A DNA stretch of 64,000 nt from Bacteroidetes bacterium CG2_30_33_31 (GCA_001872625.1 MNXP01000049.1:100142-164141); one strand, 5' to 3'. Shown: positions 19,658 to 30,116, counted from the stretch's first letter. Notes: a model not told the origin generated them from the letters alone. Numbers and translations are program-made.

Positions 19658-20938
19658 TTAATTATTTGTAAGAGAATTGTAAATATCCATGACTTTTGCT
19701 GCGGCATAATCCCATTTAAGAGCATCGACCTCAGCTTTACCCATGGTGATGAACATTTTAGAAAGTCCTTCGTAGTGCAAAAGACCATAAATTGAATCTG
19801 AAAGAGCATCTATATCCCAGAAATCTACTTTCAAGGCATAATGCAAAATTTCTGAAACGCCACTTTGTTTGGAAATAACAACTGGCACGTTAGAACTTAT
19901 TGCTTCCAATGGAGAAATACCAAAAGGTTCTGAAACAGAAGGCATTACATATACATCGCTAAGTGCAAACATTTTATCAACCTCTACTCCTTGCAAAAAT
20001 CCTGTAAAGTGAAACCTGTTTGAAATGCCTAATTCAGCAACGCGTTTTATCATTTTAAGCAACATATCACCTGAGCCAGCCATAACAAATCTAACATTTT
20101 TATCTTTCTGCAAAATTTTATATGCCGCCTCCACAAAATAATCAGGTCCTTTTTGAAAGGTTATCCTACCGAGAAATGTAACCACTTTTTCTTTTACGCC
20201 TCTTGACAATCCATAATAGTCTGATTTATTTGAAGTCTCCACAGCATTATGAACTGTGAAAACTTTTTCTGCAGGAATTCCATATTTTTCGATTATGATA
20301 TTACGAGTAAGATTGCTTACAGCAATAACGCTGTTGGCAAGCAACATCCCCTTTTTCTCTATCTCATAAACGGTTTGATTCACATTTTCGCCAGATCTGT
20401 CAAATTCAGTAGCGTGCATGTGAACCACTAAAGGTTTTCCACAAACTTTCGATGCTGCAATCCCAGCTTCATAAGTCAGCCAATCGTGAGCATGAATTAT
20501 GTCATAATCACCGTTAGCGGCTATTTGAGCAGCTACCAGAGCATATCTTTTAACTTCCTCTATCAAATTCTTTGCGTATTTTCCAGAGAATTTAAAATTT
20601 TTGGAAAAGACTGACTCATTTACTTCATTCTCATATTCAATTTTGCGAGTGATACGATAAAATTCATCATCATCAGCATAAGGAACTAATGTTGAATCAA
20701 TTTCAATGTAATTTAATTGATTCCAATATTCTTTAAAAATTGTATTTCTATAATCAATGGAGACATCGCTGGCACTGAGAATTCGGATATCTTTGCTTTC
20801 ATCGCCGTAGGCTTTAGGAATCACAAAAGTAACATTTGCACCTTGATTTAGCAGACCTTTTACAAGTCCGAAACAAGCAGTACCAAGTCCTCCAGTAATA
20901 TGAGGAGGAAATTCCCAACCAAACATTAAAACTTTCAT
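19658..20938 (-). CDS. GT4/GT5-type glycosyltransferase (bacterial/archaeal-type glycogen synthase-like)
   Basis: 426-aa ORF. The N-terminus MKVLMFGWEFPPHITGGLGTACFGL is the GT-B glycine-rich start. C-terminal EPFGISPLEA motif. A 4-nt overlap with the debranching gene upstream and a 10-nt gap to GH57. Confidence 0.75.
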   Translation of the reverse strand: MKVLMFGWEFPPHITGGLGTACFGLVKGLLNQGANVTFVIPKAYGDESKDIRILSASDVSIDYRNTIFKEYWNQLNYIEIDSTLVPYADDDEFYRITRKIEYENEVNESVFSKNFKFSGKYAKNLIEEVKRYALVAAQIAANGDYDIIHAHDWLTYEAGIAASKVCGKPLVVHMHATEFDRSGENVNQTVYEIEKKGMLLANSVIAVSNLTRNIIIEKYGIPAEKVFTVHNAVETSNKSDYYGLSRGVKEKVVTFLGRITFQKGPDYFVEAAYKILQKDKNVRFVMAGSGDMLLKMIKRVAELGISNRFHFTGFLQGVEVDKMFALSDVYVMPSVSEPFGISPLEAISSNVPVVISKQSGVSEILHYALKVDFWDIDALSDSIYGLLHYEGLSKMFITMGKAEVDALKWDYAAAKVMDIYNSLTNN

Positions 20939-22917
20939 AATGTTTCGGTATTTAAATATTTTTTAATAATCTCATTGGCTCTATATATCTCCGCTACAGA
21001 CCAAGCTTGTGAAATGCAACCGCGAGCTTTATGAGGTGGGTCGCCATCGTAAATTTCAGATATTGAGCCTATTCCATGCTCAGTCATCACTTCTTGAAAT
21101 TGTTCAAAATACCATTGAATTTTTGCAATTCCTGCTTTTCCATGAACTTTTAAATAGCCTTCGGCAAAGTGTCCAAAAAGCCAAGGCCAAACAGTTCCTT
21201 GGTGATAGGCGGCATCGCGTTCGCTGGTATTTCCTTCGCAAATTCCTTTATAGTTCAAATCTATTGGCGATAGAGACCTTAATCCTCTATTAGTCAATAA
21301 ATTATTTTTAGCTTCACTGAGTATCAACTCTCTGATTTTTATACTAATAGGACAATAAGGTAAAGATGTTGCAAAAATCATATTCGGTCTGATAGCCCAA
21401 TCTTTAAAATCTCCATTTACATAATCTGCAAGATATCCTTTATCTTTATTCCAGAAAGTATTTTTAAATGAAATTGGTATTTCTTCGGAAATAGGTTTCC
21501 ATTTTTCAATAAACTTCTTGTCGTCAAATTTTGTGGCAATCTCAAGGGTAAACATAACAGCATTATACCACAAAGCATTAACTTCCACAGTCTTGCCAAT
21601 TCTTGGAGTTATTGGTTTGCCATCCACAACCGCATCCATCCAAGTTAATGCTTTACCCATTTCACCCGCCCAGATAAGTTTATCATCAGTCATGTGGATA
21701 TTAAAGTCAGTTCCAATACGATAAGCTTCTAAGATAACAAGCATTTTTTTGTAAAACTTTTTCTCAACAGTTTGAATATCATCTGAAGCTTTTAAATATT
21801 GCTGAACCGACCAAAAAAACCAAAGTGGAGCATCAACTGAACCATAATTTTTATCTTTGCCAGAACCATAATTTGGAAATAATGAACCGTTCATTTCGGC
21901 AATAATACTGATAAGTGAGTCTTTAAAAATGTTGTTATCTTTAATAGCCATTGCCAAACCAGGCAGAGCAACAAAAGTATCTCTAGACCATCTTCCAAAC
22001 CATGGAAAGCCTGCAACTATTTCTGTTTTGTTGTCACGTTTATATATAAATTGTTCGGCAGAATTTGATAAGCAATGTTCAAAGCTATCTCTTGGAATTC
22101 GATTAGTCAATTCTTTGTTAAAAATTTTATTGATACTCGAAGGTTTTATTTCATTTAAGCCAGCACTTAGAATTATGGATTCACCTTTTTTCAATTTAAA
22201 TTCAAAATATCCAGGTACGAATAAATCTTCTTGAAAGTCATAGCCTCTGCGCTGTTCTTCAATGTATTCAATATTATAATACCAATCTGGAACATGCACA
22301 TAATCAACTTTTTTTGAAAATTGAAGATATAAATTTGAATAGCCTTGATACATTTTAAAAGTAACTCCATTTTCTACAACTTCATACTTTTTGTTTGCCC
22401 ATTCATTAGCTTTTGAGAGCTGGTGAACCTGACGGAAAGCTAAATATGGTTTAAGCCGAATTATGGTATCATCAGAATTACTTTTAATCAAAGTGTATCT
22501 TAATAGCACTCTATCTTCTATCTTGCTAAAAATAGTTTCTATAGAAAACAAAACGCCACCAATTCGATAAATAGTTTTTGGAATTGGATCGGACTGAACC
22601 TCATTTACATATTTATGCCCTTTTGGAATAAAAACTCCATTAGGATATTGATGAATTCCCAGATTAAATTCTTCCCTATGTTGAATAATTGTTGGATCTA
22701 TAGAAGATAATAATACATGCAATTCGTTGTCGATATTAGGTTGTGGGCAAATTAGTAAACCGTGGTATTTTCTTGTATTACACTTAATTAGAGTGGAAGA
22801 AGCGTATGAACCACGGCGGTTTGTTCGAAGTAATTCTTTGTCGAGTGAATAGGACAAATTGATTAATTTTTCCTTATTAAAATTGATGTATGTCATTGAT
22901 TGATTAATTGATTCCAA
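20935..22917 (-). CDS. Glycogen debranching enzyme (amylo-alpha-1,6-glucosidase, archaeal/bacterial GDE type)
   Basis: 660-aa ORF. N-terminal GDE_N-like region (NRRGSYASSTL...RKYHGLL). C-terminal (alpha/alpha)6 GDE_C motifs (GFPWFGRWSRDT, YHQGTVWPWL, SISEIYDGDPPH). Confidence 0.8.
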   Translation of the reverse strand: MESINQSMTYINFNKEKLINLSYSLDKELLRTNRRGSYASSTLIKCNTRKYHGLLICPQPNIDNELHVLLSSIDPTIIQHREEFNLGIHQYPNGVFIPKGHKYVNEVQSDPIPKTIYRIGGVLFSIETIFSKIEDRVLLRYTLIKSNSDDTIIRLKPYLAFRQVHQLSKANEWANKKYEVVENGVTFKMYQGYSNLYLQFSKKVDYVHVPDWYYNIEYIEEQRRGYDFQEDLFVPGYFEFKLKKGESIILSAGLNEIKPSSINKIFNKELTNRIPRDSFEHCLSNSAEQFIYKRDNKTEIVAGFPWFGRWSRDTFVALPGLAMAIKDNNIFKDSLISIIAEMNGSLFPNYGSGKDKNYGSVDAPLWFFWSVQQYLKASDDIQTVEKKFYKKMLVILEAYRIGTDFNIHMTDDKLIWAGEMGKALTWMDAVVDGKPITPRIGKTVEVNALWYNAVMFTLEIATKFDDKKFIEKWKPISEEIPISFKNTFWNKDKGYLADYVNGDFKDWAIRPNMIFATSLPYCPISIKIRELILSEAKNNLLTNRGLRSLSPIDLNYKGICEGNTSERDAAYHQGTVWPWLFGHFAEGYLKVHGKAGIAKIQWYFEQFQEVMTEHGIGSISEIYDGDPPHKARGCISQAWSVAEIYRANEIIKKYLNTETL

Positions 22918-22945
22918 AGATTTTAGATTAGAATTTATCTCGCTG

Positions 22946-22953
22946 CAAAATTA
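22946..22953 (-). promoter_or_regulatory. Candidate -7 box (TAATTTTG) for the GDE-GT4-GH57 operon
   Basis: Exact TAnnTTTG on the minus strand, 29 nt upstream of the ATG at 22917. Confidence 0.4.
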
Positions 22954-23323
22954 ATTCTTTTATGGCAATATTCCATTAATAAATTTTAATAACAATTTGA
23001 TAATATTCAGATTATGACATATATAATAAAAATGCTGCAATGATTAAAAAAAAAAAAAATAAAAAGTAAAATCAAAAAACATAATAAATATCTTCCAAAA
23101 ATTGGAATGATATAATATTGCAAGATGAATTTGCAAATAAGTAATTAACTGCATGATTATTTTTAGTTTTAATTTCGAATTATAATTATTTTAAAATATT
23201 AATTATCACCATTATAGGTAAATAGCTTAACTAATATAATAAATTTAAGGAATTAAAGGGAAAATTTCTTGTATTTGGAAAAACCTATTGTTACTTTAGC
23301 TGCTAATACTAAAGCCAGTCAAC

Positions 23324-26300
23324 ATGAAAAGGATATTTAAAAACATAAGGATTAATAAAAAATTTTTGAAAGGACTATCTATCTTGACAGCTATCAAATT
23401 AATTATTAGCATTATTGTATTTACTTTGATTAGCATAAATGCTAAAAGCCAAGTAATTAATTCAGTTGATACAGCTTATTATGGAGCAAATATTCAGTTT
23501 GCAATTAATACAGGCAACATTGCAAGTCAGAAGTGGTATTTTGGTGATGGCGATAGCAGTAATATTTCAACAACTTATCATATCTATACTCCTTCATCAT
23601 GTGGCTTCACTACTTTTAATTTAGTATTAAGTATAACTGACTCATCTAACTATACTTCAATTCATTATAAAACTATTGTTATAAAGAATTTGCCATCAAC
23701 GCCATCGCTTAGCGATATTGATTTAATCACTCCTTACAGCAATTGCGACCAAAGTCCAAGCATTTCAAATCCAAATTTTACCATTCACCTAAATAATTCA
23801 ACGCAAGACACTTCAAATATATCTTATTATCAGATTAATTGGGGGGATAACAATTCATCAAATTCAATAAGTAATACTGGATTTCCAGTATCACATACAT
23901 ATCAACAATTGGGTCTTTTTAATTGCGCCATAACAGCCTATAATACCAATGGATGCAGCCTTTCAACAACTTATGAAGTTGCTAATCAAAGTAATCCAGC
24001 TTTAGGATTAAGCACTTTAGGAAGCACACAAGGTTGCTCACCACAAGAATTCACCTTTATTCTTTCTCAATATCAAACCAATTCACCAGGAACATATTAT
24101 GTATGGAATTTTGGCGATGGAAGTCCAAATATAACTTGGAATTTTAATGCTCCATATTTTAATGATTCCATAAAACATATTTTCAATACTTCTTCTTGCA
24201 ATTCTACAAACAACTCATTTACAGTAAGTGTAACGGCTTACAATTTTTGTGATCAAACAACTGCAACTGTCAGCAATATAAGAATTTATACCAAGCCAAC
24301 TGCCAATTTCAGCAGCTCGTTGGATACTTCATGCACAAATACTTCCATCAATTTTTCAAATAATACATTATCTGGTTTTGGATATAATTGTAATGGAAAT
24401 GCGAATTATTTATGGGATTTTGGCGATGGAACATCGAGCAACTCAACAAATGCTATTCATTCGTATAACAATATTGGCAATTATACTGTAAAACTAACTG
24501 CTACTAACGGTGTTTGCGGAAGTTCAGTAGATAGTTTAAATATTATTGTAAATAAAATTCCAAAAGTAATTGGTGCAATTTCTCAATCTATTGCATGCGA
24601 TTCTCTAATAGTTAGCACAATGAATTGGAGCACTGGAGGCAACCTTAAATATAATTGGACTATAATTCCTTCCGTGGGTTGGCATTTTTTAAGTGGATAT
24701 TCTGCATCAGATAAGGAGCCCAAAATTTTGTTTGATTCACTTGGAATTTACACTCTGAAGTTAACTTCCTCCAATAAATGTGGTACCGACGATAGCAGTT
24801 TTACAATTACGATCATGGGAAAACCTGATGTAAATTTATCTACAATAGCTGATTTTTGTGGCTCTGCGACTATAAATCCTTCTGCAAATATTAATTTGAA
24901 TTTCTCAAATTCAAGTTCATATCTTTGGTCGTTCATTGGATCATCAATTTCAAGTACAAATATTCAATCTCCAAATAATATAATATATTCAAATACTGGA
25001 ACTTATAATATAATATTAAAAGTATCAAATCAATGTGGAATTGACAGTTCAGTCACGAGTTTCACTATACATAATTTGCCAGCGGTGAACCTTACAGCAG
25101 CATCAAATTCGATATGTTTTGGCGATAGCATTTCTTTATTTGCCTCTGGAGCATTTTCATATCAATGGACAGCAAATCAATCGCTATTGAATACATCGTT
25201 AAGTCAAATTTTAGTAAATCCAATTTCATCAACAACTTATATTTTAAAAGGGACTGACATTCATCAATGCGTTAATTATGATACATTAAATTTGATTGTA
25301 AATAATTTACCGAGTGTAATTGGCAATGCATCTAATACTTCATTTTGCAATGGAGATTCCGTTACTTTAACGGCAAATGGTGCACTAAGTTATTTATGGA
25401 AAATGAATGGAAGTAATATTGGAAACCAACAAATTATAAGCATTCTACCAAATCAATCCTCATCAATAATTGTTATAGGAACAGACACAAATTCTTGTAA
25501 ATCTTCTGACACTATCAACTTAACAATGTTCGTTAAGCCAAGCATAACTCTTAATAGTATTTATCCTCAAATTTGCCAAGGAAATAGTTTTAATTTGATT
25601 GCAAGTGGGGCAAGCAATATCTCAATTAACCCTGCAACTACGGTCAATTCAAATGGAAATTTCATTCTTTCACCGAGCTCTTCATGTATTTATACAATCA
25701 CCGCCTCCAATTTAACTTCTTGTAGTTCAGATACTATCATTCATGTTACGGTTTTAAATCTTCCAAATGTGAATATTACAAGCAATTCTTCAAATATCTG
25801 TGCAGGAGATACTTTTACTTTAAGTGGCAATGGTGCAGTAAATTATGAGTGGTATAATAGTGCAGGAGTAATAATATCGCAGAATGCAAACCTAAATTAT
25901 TTACCAACTACAAGTGGCAGCATTGTATTGGAAGGCGAGGATGTTAATGGTTGTGAAAATAATGATACATTATTTTATACAGTTTTCCCACTTCCGCAAA
26001 TTACTATCAATAGTAGTTCAAATTCAATTTGCGTAGGTGATAGCGTATTGTTAAATGCAAGTGGTGCTGTAAGTTACAACTGGTTAATTTCAAATCAGAT
26101 TATAGGGAATAGTTCTAATTTAGTTCAAATTCCAATTTCTTCTACAACATACAAAGTTGTGGGAACAGACCAGAATTCATGTTCAAATTTAGCAACCCAA
26201 CTAATTGTAGTCAATCAATTACCAATATTGAATGCAACACTCAATAATTCACAGATGTGTTTTGGTGACTCAGTATATCTAAGCTTAAGTGGAGCCGTCA

Positions 26301-29300
26301 ATTATTCATTAAATTCTGTAAATATTTCAGCTAATAAATATTTAAAGCCAACTATTACAAGTATTTACAATGTTATTGGTACTGACATTCATAATTGCAC
26401 CGACACTACAACATTTTCTATTAAAGTAAATTCATTGCCAACAATTGCAATAAATTCCACTGCTCAATCGATTTGTCTTGGCCAATCAGTTCAATTAAAT
26501 GCAAGTGGAGCTTCTCAATATTCATGGAATCCAGCATCAAATTTAAATACAGCCTTTGGAAATCAAGTTATTGCAACTCCAAATCAATCAGCAATTTTTA
26601 CTGTTCAGGGAACAGATAGTTTAGGTTGCAAAAATCAAGTTTCAATATCCATTATGGTAAGCAACAGTTTGAATATTCAGGTTAATGCTTCATCATCTTC
26701 AATTTGCTATGGCGACACAGTCAGTTTAATTGCTTCTGGAGCAAATACTTATCAATGGATTTCTGGCAATGGCTTATTGTCTCAAACAGGGAATCAGGTC
26801 AATGCATTTCCAAATTCAACTTCAAATTATGTGGTTACTGGCATTGATACTATGGGTTGTATTTCTACAAACAGCGTAAATGTGGTAGTTAATCAACTTC
26901 CAAATATTGTAATAGCAAGCTCTAATCAAAGTATTTGTTTAGGCGATAGTGTATCACTTTCTGCGTCAGGAGCGGCACAATACGAATGGGTTTTTCCAAA
27001 TAATTCTTCAATATTTTCAAATTCAATAGTTGAATATCCTCAAATAGGTACGACATATCAAGTCAAGGGAACCGACACAAATTTATGCAGCAATTACTCT
27101 TCAGTTTTTATAAGCATTAATCCAAATCCAGTGATTCAAGCAACCTCAAATAACTCGAGCGTTTGTAGTGGTGGGAACTTCATTCTTACTGCATCTGGAG
27201 GCAGCTTATACCAATGGTCGCCACAAAATCTTGTAAGTACACCGAATTCAAATTCCACTCTAGCAACGCCGTCACAAAGTGCTTGGATATATTTAAATGG
27301 AAGTAATTCTTATGGTTGCACAGCAATTGATTCAATTTATTTGACTGTAAATCCATTGCCAATTTTCACTTTAAGCCCTTCATCTGTTGCTATTTGCGTT
27401 GGCGATAGTGCTTTAATTTCTGCTTCTGGCAATTATCAATATAGCTGGACTCCAGCCAATGGCATTAGTAATAATTTTGGTAACAGCATTAAAGTTTCAC
27501 CATTAAATTCAATAAACTATACTGCAACAGCGACAGATTCAAATTTATGCTCAATTACAAAAAATATTTTAGTTACCGTAAATTCCTTGCCAACAGCTTC
27601 AATTTCAATGGATACAGTTGCTTGTAGCAACGTTGCGGTGAACATTGTAAATCAAAGCTACGGAGCAACTCAATTTTTTTGGAGTTTTGGAGATAATACT
27701 ACATCTAATCTACAAAACCCATCTCACTCCTATTCAAGCAATGGTTTCTATGAAGCAAGTTTAGTTGCTATTAATTCCAATAATTGCACTGATACTGTAA
27801 AAAACGAAATTCACATAATTAGTGTTCCCACAGCAACTTTCACATCATATCCACAGATCGGCTGTTCGCCATTAAATGTATTTATAAATAATAACTCTAC
27901 TGTGAGCAATGGCTCATATTCTTGGAATTTTGGCAATGGAAATTATTCATCTAATGCAAATCCAAATAATATTTTATTCAATTCTGTTGACGGGCATGAT
28001 ACCACATTTATTATTCACCTTTCATTAGCAAATATCTGCGGTACAAGTAACTATAGCGATACTATTACGGTTAATACTAAACCGATTTCCAATTTCGGTT
28101 ACGTTCTTAATAGCCAATGTTCGCCAGCGACAGCAAATTTTGGAAATATCAGTTCATCAAATGCAACATCATTTAGCTGGAATTTAGGAGATAATACTTT
28201 TTCCAACTCACAAGTTCCACAAAATCATATTTATTCGACAGGAAGCACAGTTAGTACTTTTCCTGTTTCAATGATAGCGTCAAATCAGTGCGGTTCAGAT
28301 ACTTCAATAAAATATATTAGTGTAAATCCAAATTACGTAAATGCCATTTTTACACCTTCTCAAATAAATGCTTGTGCGCCAGCCAACATCAATTTTACGA
28401 ATTACTCTAATATTCAAAATTCAGCACTTTGGAATTTTGGTGATGGAAATGTCTCTTCGCAAATAAATCCTACTCATGTTTATTCTGCCGCCGGCAATTA
28501 CAATGTATCTTTAATTGTAACAGATAATTGTGGAATTGACACTGCAAATATTACAATAAATGTAGGAAATTCTCCACAGCTGAGTTTCAGCACAAGCAAT
28601 GATACTATTTGTCAGTTTAGCTCTGTTAGTTTTAATAATTTGACTTCAAATCTAACCAATCTTCAATGGAATTTCGGGGATTCAATAACTTCTACACTTA
28701 ACTCATTATCACATACTTATCAAAGTTTTGGTAATAAACTTATAACATTTATTGGAGAAGATGCAAACTCAAATTGCACTGATACAATTTCAAAAATTAT
28801 TGTTGTTAATCCTTCAGCAAAGGCGATTATTAGCGTTGATACATTGGATGGATGTTATCCATTGACCGTAAATTTTCAAAGTCAGAGTATAAATTCAACA
28901 TTTTTTAGATGGAATTTCGCTGATGGAAATACCTCAGTTTCACAAAACATTCAGCATACTTTTTTAAATCCAAATAATTATAATGTTCAATTGGTTGCTG
29001 ACAATTATTTTGGTTGCAAGGATACTACTTATACAATAATTAAGTCCTACCCAAGACCGCAAGCAAATTTTACTTTTATAAATACAAATCCATGTGAATA
29101 TCCTGCTAAAATAAAGTTTATCAATAATTCAATTGGCGCTGTTGGATATTCTTGGAATTTTGATAATGGAGATAGTTCCAAAATTAATGATCCCATAGTA
29201 AGTTATAGTAATTCTGGAAATTATCATCCTACTCTTATTGCATTAAATGCTTATAATTGTAGCGATACTTTGTCAAATACATTAAGTTTGTTGAGTACAC

Positions 29301-30109
29301 CAAAAGCCAATTTTACGATTGACAATACAATTGGCTGTGAAGGAATAAATATTCAATTTACAAACTATTCCACTGATGCTCAATATTATAAATGGCTTAT
29401 AGATTATAACTTTATATCTTCATTGAACTCTCCTTTATTAACATTTACTTCAGAAGGTAAATTTATTTCGACATTAATCGCAATTAATTCTGCAGGTTGC
29501 AGCGATACTAATTCTTCATCAGACACCATAATTATTCATCCACGAGCTGTTGCAGATTTCAATTTTGAACAAGTCTCGAACACAGAAAATAATGAAGGAA
29601 TTTTTCAATTTACTAATTTATCTGACAAAGCAGATTTCTACAGTTGGCAATTTGATGATGGTGATTCATCAAATGCTATAAATCCTCAACATAGATTTTA
29701 TACCCACGGAGATTATAACATAACTCTCTATGCAACAAATAAATATAACTGTTCTAATCAAATTTCAAAAAATCTATCTGTTGATTTGCTAAAAGGTCTT
29801 TTTATTCCTTCAGCTTTGGCTCCAAATCATCCAAATCCTGATGTTCGACTTTTTACGCCAAAGGGAAATGGTCTAAAATCTTATCATATTGCTATTTATG
29901 ATTCATGGGGAAATATAATATGGGAATCTACTCAGTTGATAAATGGTCAACCAGCAGAAAGTTGGAATGGAAGTGTGGACAGAAAAGAATTGCCTTTAGG
30001 AACATATTTTTGGCAAGCTGTAGCAGTTTTCGAAGATGGCAGCATTTGGCAAGGCCAAACAGTTAACGGCACAACTTCGCGTCAAGGCTCTCTTACATTG
30101 CTTAGATAA
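23324..30109 (+). CDS. Giant cell-surface protein: ~15 PKD-like domains, 11 tandem Ig-like Cys-containing repeats and a T9SS type-B (gliding-motility-associated, CHU_C-type) C-terminal sorting domain
   Basis: 2261-aa ORF with an N-terminal signal anchor. Recurrent W-x-FGDG/FGDN/FDNG PKD signatures on both sides of the repeat block. The C-terminal ~95 aa are IPSALAPN...LFTPKGNG...YHIAIYDSWGNIIWES...WNG...LPLGTYFW...RQGSLTLLR, matching the type-B CTD pattern. Confidence 0.85.
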   Translation: MKRIFKNIRINKKFLKGLSILTAIKLIISIIVFTLISINAKSQVINSVDTAYYGANIQFAINTGNIASQKWYFGDGDSSNISTTYHIYTPSSCGFTTFNLVLSITDSSNYTSIHYKTIVIKNLPSTPSLSDIDLITPYSNCDQSPSISNPNFTIHLNNSTQDTSNISYYQINWGDNNSSNSISNTGFPVSHTYQQLGLFNCAITAYNTNGCSLSTTYEVANQSNPALGLSTLGSTQGCSPQEFTFILSQYQTNSPGTYYVWNFGDGSPNITWNFNAPYFNDSIKHIFNTSSCNSTNNSFTVSVTAYNFCDQTTATVSNIRIYTKPTANFSSSLDTSCTNTSINFSNNTLSGFGYNCNGNANYLWDFGDGTSSNSTNAIHSYNNIGNYTVKLTATNGVCGSSVDSLNIIVNKIPKVIGAISQSIACDSLIVSTMNWSTGGNLKYNWTIIPSVGWHFLSGYSASDKEPKILFDSLGIYTLKLTSSNKCGTDDSSFTITIMGKPDVNLSTIADFCGSATINPSANINLNFSNSSSYLWSFIGSSISSTNIQSPNNIIYSNTGTYNIILKVSNQCGIDSSVTSFTIHNLPAVNLTAASNSICFGDSISLFASGAFSYQWTANQSLLNTSLSQILVNPISSTTYILKGTDIHQCVNYDTLNLIVNNLPSVIGNASNTSFCNGDSVTLTANGALSYLWKMNGSNIGNQQIISILPNQSSSIIVIGTDTNSCKSSDTINLTMFVKPSITLNSIYPQICQGNSFNLIASGASNISINPATTVNSNGNFILSPSSSCIYTITASNLTSCSSDTIIHVTVLNLPNVNITSNSSNICAGDTFTLSGNGAVNYEWYNSAGVIISQNANLNYLPTTSGSIVLEGEDVNGCENNDTLFYTVFPLPQITINSSSNSICVGDSVLLNASGAVSYNWLISNQIIGNSSNLVQIPISSTTYKVVGTDQNSCSNLATQLIVVNQLPILNATLNNSQMCFGDSVYLSLSGAVNYSLNSVNISANKYLKPTITSIYNVIGTDIHNCTDTTTFSIKVNSLPTIAINSTAQSICLGQSVQLNASGASQYSWNPASNLNTAFGNQVIATPNQSAIFTVQGTDSLGCKNQVSISIMVSNSLNIQVNASSSSICYGDTVSLIASGANTYQWISGNGLLSQTGNQVNAFPNSTSNYVVTGIDTMGCISTNSVNVVVNQLPNIVIASSNQSICLGDSVSLSASGAAQYEWVFPNNSSIFSNSIVEYPQIGTTYQVKGTDTNLCSNYSSVFISINPNPVIQATSNNSSVCSGGNFILTASGGSLYQWSPQNLVSTPNSNSTLATPSQSAWIYLNGSNSYGCTAIDSIYLTVNPLPIFTLSPSSVAICVGDSALISASGNYQYSWTPANGISNNFGNSIKVSPLNSINYTATATDSNLCSITKNILVTVNSLPTASISMDTVACSNVAVNIVNQSYGATQFFWSFGDNTTSNLQNPSHSYSSNGFYEASLVAINSNNCTDTVKNEIHIISVPTATFTSYPQIGCSPLNVFINNNSTVSNGSYSWNFGNGNYSSNANPNNILFNSVDGHDTTFIIHLSLANICGTSNYSDTITVNTKPISNFGYVLNSQCSPATANFGNISSSNATSFSWNLGDNTFSNSQVPQNHIYSTGSTVSTFPVSMIASNQCGSDTSIKYISVNPNYVNAIFTPSQINACAPANINFTNYSNIQNSALWNFGDGNVSSQINPTHVYSAAGNYNVSLIVTDNCGIDTANITINVGNSPQLSFSTSNDTICQFSSVSFNNLTSNLTNLQWNFGDSITSTLNSLSHTYQSFGNKLITFIGEDANSNCTDTISKIIVVNPSAKAIISVDTLDGCYPLTVNFQSQSINSTFFRWNFADGNTSVSQNIQHTFLNPNNYNVQLVADNYFGCKDTTYTIIKSYPRPQANFTFINTNPCEYPAKIKFINNSIGAVGYSWNFDNGDSSKINDPIVSYSNSGNYHPTLIALNAYNCSDTLSNTLSLLSTPKANFTIDNTIGCEGINIQFTNYSTDAQYYKWLIDYNFISSLNSPLLTFTSEGKFISTLIAINSAGCSDTNSSSDTIIIHPRAVADFNFEQVSNTENNEGIFQFTNLSDKADFYSWQFDDGDSSNAINPQHRFYTHGDYNITLYATNKYNCSNQISKNLSVDLLKGLFIPSALAPNHPNPDVRLFTPKGNGLKSYHIAIYDSWGNIIWESTQLINGQPAESWNGSVDRKELPLGTYFWQAVAVFEDGSIWQGQTVNGTTSRQGSLTLLR
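25073..27583 (+). repeat. Eleven in-frame tandem ~76-aa (~228-nt) repeats inside the giant surface protein gene
   Basis: Each unit follows (N/Q/P)LP-x-(V/I)-x(6-8)-(I/F)C-x-GD(S/T)-x-L-x-ASGA-x-x-Y-x-W ... G-x-D-x-x-x-C ... (I/V)-x-V. First unit NLPAVNLTAASNSICFGDSISLFASGAFSYQW, last PLPIFTLSPSSVAICVGDSALISASGNYQYSW. The units are diverged at the nucleotide level. Confidence 0.85.
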
Positions 30110-30116
30110 ATATTGA

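Noticed and set aside
19648-19809. N-terminal 54-aa extension of the GH57 ORF as given in the track (start 19809)
   Set aside because: The extension overlaps the 3' end of the upstream GT4 gene by 152 nt. The canonical GH57 N-terminus (MRSICFYFQVHQPF) begins at the internal ATG at 19647, 10 nt after the GT4 stop.
25073-27583. Regular ~228-nt periodicity that might suggest a CRISPR array or DNA satellite
   Set aside because: The period is in frame within a continuous ORF. The units are conserved at the protein level and diverged at the DNA level, and there is no repeat-spacer alternation. They are protein domain repeats.
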